A DNA stretch of 63,674 bases, the filler included, from Nitrospinae bacterium RIFCSPLOWO2_12_FULL_45_22 (GTDB taxonomy: Bacteria > 2-12-FULL-45-22), in assembly GCA_001803565.1 (NCBI GenBank). It is 5 parts of 5 records of this genome, joined end to end, with 100 filler letters (N's around TTAATTAATTAA, not from the genome) between each part and the next. Parts side by side here need not be neighbours in the genome. Positions count along the whole stretch, not along the records: positions 38,557 to 57,334 come from MHDQ01000122.1; positions 57,435 to 63,674 come from MHDQ01000133.1; 3 more parts are not named here. One strand, written 5' to 3'. Every line of letters begins with the position of its first letter. Positions within the stretch are counted from its first letter, which is position 1. Shown one piece after another: positions 55,948 through 63,674 of this stretch. A program made the translations under genes and the position numbers. The notes below the pieces were generated by a model. That model ran no database searches. It was not told where the DNA came from and saw nothing but the letters and a program-made list of their open reading frames with translations.

Positions 55948-56106
55948 TCAGTCTTCATCCTCCAATATCATGACACCCCGTAATCGAACTGTGAGAGGTT
56001 CAGCATCTGCAAAGATAGTACTTCCGTTAAAGAGATGATCTAACTTTTGCAAAGAAACCGTGGGTGCAATACGGGTAGGAGAACCCCACCATGTTAGCAT
56101 TGCCAT
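55948..56106 (-). CDS. Small 52-aa ORF or gene remnant
   Basis: AAAGGAGG RBS; MAMLTWWGSPTRIAPTVSLQKLDHLFNGSTIFADAEPLTVRLRGVMILEDED. Confidence 0.5.
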   Translation of the reverse strand: MAMLTWWGSPTRIAPTVSLQKLDHLFNGSTIFADAEPLTVRLRGVMILEDED

Positions 56107-56241
56107 AGTTTGTCCTCCTTTATTAAACGAAGTTAAAAGGCCAAAAGTTGCGACATGATCGTTCGTGGTACAATTATCAAAGATTTAAGAAGAAACTAAT
56201 CTCCTCCATACGCCAAGGGCGTAGAAGGTGGAATTGAACAT

Positions 56242-56685
56242 TCATCCCAAAAGATTCAAGAAAGTATGCCGTCCTATTACCACAGTAACCTTTCCCGTCC
56301 GGATGCCTTCTTCTGCCCATTTAGGAAGCTTCCCCCCTCGCTGCTTCCGGGCGGCTTCGACGTTTAGGTAGTGGTCAGCATTTTGCGTTACGTCCCCCAG
56401 TTCTCCGGCCAAAGCCTTCTGGGCAATACTCATCGCCCCCTTCCACCCGTCTGGGTCATCCTCTTTGGCCGTGAACACCTTTGCATAATTGGGATCCTTT
56501 GGCGAAGTCCAAGAAAATTGATTGGGCTTCAAGATGACAGCACTGATACCCTCAGCCATTCCTTTCTTGACCCGGTTCAGGATAACATTGCATACTCCTT
56601 GCTGCCCCTCCTCTGGCTCTCCCCGTGCCTCTGCCCACAAGCAGACAGCCAATAGGTCTTCTTGTGAAAAGTCTTTTAGGTTCAT
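56242..56685 (-). CDS. Cell wall hydrolase (SleB/Hydrolase_2 family)
   Basis: WAEARGE, VILNRV, PNQFSW, IGRHTF. Confidence 0.9.
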   Translation of the reverse strand: MNLKDFSQEDLLAVCLWAEARGEPEEGQQGVCNVILNRVKKGMAEGISAVILKPNQFSWTSPKDPNYAKVFTAKEDDPDGWKGAMSIAQKALAGELGDVTQNADHYLNVEAARKQRGGKLPKWAEEGIRTGKVTVVIGRHTFLNLLG

Positions 56686-56780
56686 TTCTGCATCCCTTTC
56701 TTCGCATTTTGGGTTAAAAACTCTTGCCCCAGGGCATTCTGCGCACTTTCTTTGAATGTTTATAAATGAACATCTAGAAA

Positions 56781-57334
56781 TTATAATGGGCGCGCATCAA
56801 GATATTCCTGCATAGCCTTCCGGCCTGCTCTAATCAGGGATTGCAGGCGGACATCACTCATATCGAATTCAGTCGTGCCATACCCTTTTGCAGGGAGCCG
56901 ACAAACCTCTTCTTTGTGGCCCTCCATAACAGGTTTATCATGGGCATTGGTCATAGTATTGGCAAGCCGCTTAATTCTCTGAATTGTCTTAAGCCGCATG
57001 ACATTCTCCAACAATCCACCAGTAACCTTTTCTGTCCCTTTAGCCTCTTCTGCCTCACCGGAATCAGCCACCGGCTTCATTTCGTCAATCAACAGCCCAA
57101 GGTTGGGCACGACATCAGGGTCCGTATCACCCATAATGGCCCTCACTTCTTCATCATCTTTAGCTGTAATTAAATGTAAGGGAAAATTAGAAAGAACACC
57201 GCCATCAACTATCTCGTGTCCAGATATATCCTTACCCCGATGCCATCCCCACTCCGGCTTCCACCTTACCTCCTGCCAGACAAACGGGATACTCATGGAC
57301 ATCCGCACTGCCCAGGCAACCGGGCAATCCGGGG
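56781..57334 (-). CDS. Patatin-like phospholipase, C-terminal part (contig end)
   Basis: AWAVRMSMSIPF, VDGGVLSNFP, TTEFD. Confidence 0.82.
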
Positions 57335-57434
57335 NNNNNNNNNNNNNNNNNNNNNNNNNNNNNNNNNNNNNNNNNNNNTTAATTAATTAANNNNNNNNNN
57401 NNNNNNNNNNNNNNNNNNNNNNNNNNNNNNNNNN
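57335..57434. other. Artificial contig spacer
   Basis: N-run with TTAATTAATTAA. Confidence 0.98.
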
Positions 57435-57926
57435 TTGAATCTGAAAGATACCTACAGCGAATCTGACCTGGAGGCTGCGATTCTCAGGGAACTGGAATCT
57501 TTTATTCTGGAACTTGGCGCAGGATTTACCTTTATTGCCAGACAGAAGCGAATGACAATTGATAATGAAGACTTCTACCTCGATTTACTCTTTTACCACC
57601 GTAAGCTGAAACGGTTGGTGGCTGTTGAACTCAAACTGGGAAAGTTTAAAGCGGCATTCAAGGGACAGATGGAACTCTACCTGCGGTGGTTGAAGAAGTA
57701 TGAAAAGGAAAAGGATGAGACCGATCCCCTTGGACTGATTCTGTGTGCTGAAGGCTCTCATGAACAGATTGAATTGCTGGAGTTGGATAAATCTTCCATT
57801 AAGATAGCGGAATATCTAACCGAATTGCCTCCGAAAGAATTACTGGAAAAGAAACTTCATGCAGCGATTGAGAAATCTAAAGAATTGCTGGAGCAACGGG
57901 CAGGAGAAAAGAAGGAGAAAGGATAG
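57435..57926 (+). CDS. DUF1016/YhcG PD-(D/E)XK protein, C-terminal part
   Basis: ELGAGFTFIARQKR, DLLFYHRKLKRLVAVELK, GQMELYL, GLILC. Confidence 0.9.
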   Translation: MNLKDTYSESDLEAAILRELESFILELGAGFTFIARQKRMTIDNEDFYLDLLFYHRKLKRLVAVELKLGKFKAAFKGQMELYLRWLKKYEKEKDETDPLGLILCAEGSHEQIELLELDKSSIKIAEYLTELPPKELLEKKLHAAIEKSKELLEQRAGEKKEKG

Positions 57927-57932
57927 GGAAAA

Positions 57933-60900
57933 ATGAATAAAATAACTGCCAAACAAAGCAATCCATTCTCTACAGGTGGTGGAGGGGTAAATTTTGAGAT
58001 TCGTGTTCAAGCAGTATTTGTTACATTGATGATGACTGGAGGATTTGCACCCTGTTTGCCTGCATGGCCTATCAACAAAATTAAACTACAAGGGAAATAC
58101 AAAGGGTTTGATACCGATGACTTGATTATTTTTACTAAAAGTCCAGATGGTGAAAAAGAGAGAAAACTACTTGGTCAGATAAAACACTCTATCAGCATTA
58201 CTGAGGATAATAAAGAATTTGGAAAAGTAATTCAAGCTGCATGGAATGACTTTAAAAATCCAAAATTATTTACAAAAGAGTCAGACGCTATTGTACTCAT
58301 TACCGGCCCCTTAAGTGTCTCAGACATTAATGATGTACGGATAATTCTTGAATGGGCGCGTGATTCAGAAGATGCATCTGATTTTCTAACAAAAGTCAAT
58401 CTGGTTAATTTCAGCAGCAATGCAAAGAGAAAAAAGTTGAGAGCTTTTCAAAAATGGCGATGCTGACCTTTCAGATGATGATCTCTGGCGGTTTATGAAG
58501 AGCTTTCACCTTCTTGGGTATGACCTTGATACTAAGTCAGGCATAATCCTCTCGTTACTTCGATCTCTTATAGGTCAGCATTCTCCTGAAAACGCGCAGT
58601 CACTCTGGGCGCAGATTATTGATGAGGTTCAATTAGCAAATCAAAACGCTGGAACTATCACAGTAGATTCGATTTCTGAAGAACTTCGCTCTGCATTTCA
58701 AAGGCGGACTGTGACGACAGTTCCTATTGACCTTACCCGAATACCGTCAGTACAGGCGATAACAGATTGGAGCAAAATTAACTATGCTTCAGAACTTGCC
58801 ATTGCAAGCCTTTTGGGCTCATGGGATGAAAAGTCAGAGGCGGATAAGGCAATTGCAGGACAACTCGCCAACAACGATTTCGCAGGCTGGATTCCTAAAA
58901 TACGAGAGATTCTACAAGTACCCGAAAGTCCGCTTACTCTCAAAAATGGCAAATGGTCTATTAACAGGCGATTAGACTTATGGCAAATAATTGGTCCAAG
59001 ACTGTTCGATGAACAACTTGACCGTTTCAAACAACATGCCGTTAATGTGCTGAAAGAGCACGATCCAAAATTTGAGCTGCCCCCGGGAGAACGATATGTA
59101 GCAAGTATCCACGGGAAAGTATCTCGCTATTCCGGGAACCTTAGAAAAGGACTGGCTGAGAGCCTTGTTCTTCTTGGTAGCTATCCCCAAGCGTTAAACA
59201 ACTGCTCAACGAACAAAGCAGAGACTATTGCCGCTCTTGCCATAAGAGAGATATTTGAAGAAGCAGATTGGATTCTCTGGGGAAGTTTAAACAATCTGTT
59301 GCCGCTCTTGGCTGAGGCATCTCCAGATCAGTTCCTTAATGCAGTCGAAGAGGCTCTACAAACCAAGCCATGCCCATTTAACGAATTGTTTGCCCAAGAG
59401 GGAAATGGTATCACTGGTGGTAACTATATGACCGGCTTACTCTGGGCGCTTGAAGCACTTGCTTGGGATGAACAATACTTGACTCGTGTCACTGTCATAC
59501 TTGGAGAACTGGCCATACTCGATCCAGGAGGCAACTGGGCGAATCGCCCTGCCAATTCGCTCACAACAATTTTCCTCCCTTGGCTCCCTCAAACAACTGC
59601 ACCGGTTGAGAAACGCAAAGTTGCGATTCAGACGCTTCAGAAAGAACTGCCTGATGTTGCATGGAAACTTCTGCTAAGTCTGTTACCCAACCAGCATCAA
59701 ATCTCTACAGGGTCGCATAAGCCAGCTTGGCGTCAGACGATACCCGAAGAGCGATCAAAGGGAGTTACTCATCAAGAGTATTGGGATCAGGTGACATACT
59801 ATGCAGATATGGCCGTTGATGCGTCTCAGGTTGATTTATGCAGATTAACCAAGCTGGTCGAGCATCTTAACAGTATTCCACAACCCGCATTTGATAAACT
59901 GCTGGCATATTTTGAATCTGGAGAAATAACTGGCAAGCCAGAAGAAGAGAGGCTCCCACTGTGGACTAAACTTGTAAATTTTGTTGTAAAACATAAAAGA
60001 TATGCCGATGCAAAATGGGCATTGAGCCCTGAACTGGTTGAAAAAATCAGCAAAATTACTGAAAGACTTGCTCCTCAAAATCCTAAAAACTTATACCGAC
60101 ACCTTTTCAGTAGTCGGGATTTAGATCTGTATGAAGAAAGCGGCAATTGGGAACATCAACGAAAGAAATTAGAAGAACGCCGACAAAACTCTATCCGGGA
60201 AATTCTTGCAAGAGATGGGATTGGAGATGTGATTAAGTTCGCCGAGGATGTTGAGTCCCCCTGGCGTATTGGGCTATCTTTAGGTTTTGTTGCTGAAGAT
60301 AACGCGGACTCAGTAATGCTGCCGAAATTGTTGGACTCAGGAAACAATAGGTCTGCCCAATTCATAAGTGGTTTTATCGGGAGCCGCTACCAGAACCAAG
60401 GATGGACATGGGTAGATCAGACTGATACGTCAGGTTGGTCAACAAAACAAATAGGTCAATTCCTTGCTAACCTGCCTTTTACAGATGAAACATGGAAACG
60501 TTCTAAACAGCTCCTAGGAGCCCATGCTGCTAAGTACTGGAGCAAGGTCGTTGTGAACCCTTATCAGTCAGAAGGAAGCATTGAAGAGGCCATTGATAAA
60601 TTGATGGAATATAACAGGCCAAAGGCTGCTCTTAGCTGCATACACTTTAAGCTATACAATAAACAGCCATTGGACCAGGTTCGAACAATAAAGGCACTGC
60701 TTGCAGCAGTCTCGTCAACAGAACCTGCTTATTCAATAGATGTGTACCAGACGGTTGAGATTATCAAGGCCCTGCAGAATGATCCTAATACTGCTCCCGA
60801 TGATCTGTTTCTGGTTGAATGGGCTTATTTACCGCTTCTTGATCGACACCAGGATGCTTCACCGAAACTGTTAGAACAGCGACTGGCGTCTAATCCGGAA

Positions 60901-61470
60901 TTCTTCTCCGAAGTTATTCGTTTGGTTTACCGCTCCAAGAATAAAAGCAAGTCTGAAAAAGAACCTACCGAGCAGCATCAAGCCATTGCGACAAACGCCT
61001 TCCGCCTACTTAGCGAATGGAGGACTCCTCCGGGTGTGCAGGCTGATGGAAGTTTTTCAGGTGATCATTTCAATCGATGGCTTGATGCGGTCAAAAAAAC
61101 ATGTTCAGAGTCCGGGCATCTCGAGGTAGCTCTTTCTCATGTTGGAAATGTGATCATTCATTGCCCACCAGATCCTAATGGTCTATGGATTTACAGCTCT
61201 GCAGCCAATGCTTTAAATGCTAAGGATGCAGAAGATATACGGAGAGGCTTCCGTCTTGGAATATTTAACTCACGTGGAGTTCACTGGGTAGATCCGACTG
61301 GAAAAACAGAGAAAGAACTTGCTGCCAAATACAGACAACAAGCCGAAGAAGTCGAAACTCATGGATATCAACGTTTTGCTGTCACCCTCAGAGAATTGGC
61401 AGATTCGTATGAGCGAGAAGCTGAGCGGATTATCGATGAGCACAAGACTCGTGGAGCGAACGAAGAATGA
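57933..61470 (+). pseudogene. Large cargo gene in the R-M locus, split by a frameshift near 58450 (ORFs 57933..58466 and 58495..61470)
   Basis: N-part has a nuclease-like TDDL...GQIKH pattern; the +1 frame is already open from 58441 (NGDADLSDDDLWRFMKSF). Confidence 0.6.
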
Positions 61471-62717
61471 GTAAGCAAAACGAAAACAGACAGGGATATA
61501 AGAATACAAAAGTCGGGTGGATTCCTAAAGAGTGGGCAGTTAAGGTGCTTGGGTCATTTGGTTCATTTTCAAAAGGAAAGGGAATCTCCAATAGCGAAAA
61601 AAAAGAAATGGGACTATCTTGTATTACTTACGGCGAAATTTATACAACCCATGATTATGTTATCAAAGATTTCAATTCCTTTATAGATATAGAGACGGCA
61701 AAAAAGAGCCAGCGGATTAAGAGAAATGATGTTCTCTTTGCCGGTTCTGGTGAAACATTGGATGAAATTGGAAAGTGTGTAGCTTATACAAAAGATGTGG
61801 AGGCCTATGCTGGAGGGGATATTGTTATTTTTAGCCAAAATAACGTTGATTGTATTTATTTGTCGTATTCATTAAATAGTGATTTAATAACCAAACAGAA
61901 AAGAAAACTGGGACAAGGTTATTCGGTTGTTCATATTTATTCAAGTGGATTAAAAAAATTGTATGTTCCCCTTCCCCCTCTTCCTGAACAGAAAAGAATC
62001 GCTGAAATTCTCTCCGTTTGGGACGAAGCCATTGAGCAGGTAGCAAATCTGATAAACGCTAAAATAGCACTCAAAAAATCCCTCATGCAACAACTCCTTA
62101 CAGGCAAGTTGCGGTTTAAGGAGTTTGTCAAAATAAAATTTAATAAAATCGAACTAGCGGAGTTTCTGATTCCAACACCAAGGCCAGTTCCAAGGCCAAA
62201 CTCAGCATATACTGCATTAGGGATTCGCAGTCACGGTAAGGGCACGTTCTTAAAGGCAGTAGAAAATCCTGAAGCAGTAATGATGGACACACTTTACGAG
62301 GTTAAAGAAGCTGACCTTATCGTAAATATAACATTTGCATGGGAAGGTGCAATCGCAATTGTCAAGAAATCAGACGAAGGAGCTTTCGTTTCCCATAGAT
62401 TTCCAACATATACCTTTAACAGAGAAATAGCCATTCCTGAATATTTCAGACATGTCATACGAACAAAACGATTTATACATGAACTTGGACTTGTTTCACC
62501 TGGAGGAGCTGGACGAAACCGTGTTATGAGTAAGACAGATTTTCTGAATATAGTCGTGTCCATCCCATCAGTAGACGAACAGAAGAAAATAGCAGTAGTG
62601 CTGAATGGAATTGATAAGGAGATTGAACTCTTGGGGAAAAAACTCGAATACTTAAAAACACAGAAAAAAGGCCTGATGCAAAAATTGCTGACAGGCAAGA
62701 TTAGAGTAAAGGTATAA
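61467..62717 (+). CDS. hsdS: Type I restriction-modification specificity subunit
   Basis: GWIPKEW, PLPPLPEQKRIAEIL, KKSLMQQLLTG, KKGLMQKLLTG. Confidence 0.95.
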   Translation: MSKQNENRQGYKNTKVGWIPKEWAVKVLGSFGSFSKGKGISNSEKKEMGLSCITYGEIYTTHDYVIKDFNSFIDIETAKKSQRIKRNDVLFAGSGETLDEIGKCVAYTKDVEAYAGGDIVIFSQNNVDCIYLSYSLNSDLITKQKRKLGQGYSVVHIYSSGLKKLYVPLPPLPEQKRIAEILSVWDEAIEQVANLINAKIALKKSLMQQLLTGKLRFKEFVKIKFNKIELAEFLIPTPRPVPRPNSAYTALGIRSHGKGTFLKAVENPEAVMMDTLYEVKEADLIVNITFAWEGAIAIVKKSDEGAFVSHRFPTYTFNREIAIPEYFRHVIRTKRFIHELGLVSPGGAGRNRVMSKTDFLNIVVSIPSVDEQKKIAVVLNGIDKEIELLGKKLEYLKTQKKGLMQKLLTGKIRVKV

Positions 62718-62730
62718 AAAGGATGGCACT

Positions 62731-63674
62731 ATGCAACAAGCCCCGTTAATGAAAGAAGACCATATATCACAAATACCAGCTTTGCAGCTCTTACAGAATC
62801 TGGGATATACCTATCTCACTCCTGAAGAGGCGCTTTCTCTTCGTGGTGGTAAGACACGGAATGTAATACTGGATGGAATTCTCGCAGATCAACTTCGCAA
62901 GATGAATGTCGTTCGCTACAGGGGAGAAAAGTATCCATTTACAGAAGGAAATATTTTCTCTGCAATTCAGTCATTAAAGGATATTGTCTACGATGGACTT
63001 GTGCGCACAAATGAGAAGGTGTACGACCTTCTTTGTCTTGGCAGAAGCCTCCAGCAGTCAATTGAAGGCGATATCAAGAGTTTTACCTTACAGTATATAG
63101 ACTGGGAATATCCTGAAAACAATGTCTATCATGTCACGGAAGAATTTAGCGTAGAACGTGCAGGCAGTAAAGAAGAATACAGGCCGGACATAGTGCTTTT
63201 TGTAAATGGCATTCCACTGACAATCATAGAATGCAAAAAACCTGAGCTCGGTCCGGGAAAGGATCCGATTGAGCAGGCTATCTCTCAGCATATCCGTAAC
63301 CAGAAAGATGATGGCATCCCGCAGCTTTTCCTGTATTCTCAACTTTTGTTAGCAGTTTCTAAGAACGATGCAAAATACGCCACAACTGGTACTCCAATGG
63401 ATTTTTGGGCAGTATGGAGAGAAGACAACGATGTAGACGAAGAGATACTTTCTCTCATAAATAAACCTCTTTCAAATGCTCAAAAAGACAAGCTATTTCA
63501 AAATAGGTTTAAATATGTCCGTGCGGACTTTGATTCAACCGAGAAATCAGGCGGCAGGGAGGTTACTGGGCAGGATCGCGTCTTATATTCGCTTTGCCGT
63601 CCAGAACGGCTTTTGGAATTAGCCTATCGTTATATTCTCTATGATGCAGGGGAGAAGAAAATAGCACGCTACCA
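62731..63674 (+). CDS. hsdR: Type I restriction endonuclease subunit R (runs off the window)
   Basis: EDHISQIPALQLL, RPDIVLFVNGIPLTIIECK, KIARY. Confidence 0.93.
   Translation, partial: MQQAPLMKEDHISQIPALQLLQNLGYTYLTPEEALSLRGGKTRNVILDGILADQLRKMNVVRYRGEKYPFTEGNIFSAIQSLKDIVYDGLVRTNEKVYDLLCLGRSLQQSIEGDIKSFTLQYIDWEYPENNVYHVTEEFSVERAGSKEEYRPDIVLFVNGIPLTIIECKKPELGPGKDPIEQAISQHIRNQKDDGIPQLFLYSQLLLAVSKNDAKYATTGTPMDFWAVWREDNDVDEEILSLINKPLSNAQKDKLFQNRFKYVRADFDSTEKSGGREVTGQDRVLYSLCRPERLLELAYRYILYDAGEKKIARY

Noticed and set aside
55927-55950. TGA ending the 52-aa ORF as selenocysteine
   Set aside because: No downstream SECIS-like hairpin and no Cys-motif context

Overview
A 63.7-kb window made of five concatenated draft contigs joined by N/TTAATTAATTAA spacers at about 9.8, 31.0, 38.5 and 57.4 kb. 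Gene order and content suggest an anaerobic deltaproteobacterium-like metagenome bin (inference). Contig 1: an acyl-CoA/lipid cluster (CoA-transferase, two paralogous B12-type radical SAM enzymes, HMG-CoA-synthase/OB-fold fusion, thiolase). Contig 2: acyl-CoA dehydrogenase; a hidden 66-aa DUF2892/YgaP-like membrane ORF with two in-frame UGA codons (U-P-U) followed by a SECIS-like hairpin, which the ORF track misses; GlmL; a candidate defence island (KAP NTPase, unknown protein, CHAT protease-STAND NTPase-TPR); the ATP synthase operon with a fused b'-b gene; NosL-like, GH57 and galT. Contig 3: RND efflux pair, priA, def. Contig 4: housekeeping genes (CCA-type nucleotidyltransferase, site-2 protease, ileS, lspA, lgt), then a decayed accessory region with broken sfsA and hicAB, two attC-like sites, a B12 radical SAM next to an EPAH-repeat protein and a 781-aa duplicated-domain protein, an ORF-less group II intron lacking domains IV-V, an IS1634 remnant and hydrolases. 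Contig 5: a type I R-M locus with a large frameshifted cargo gene. All calls come from reading motifs by eye; no searches were run.
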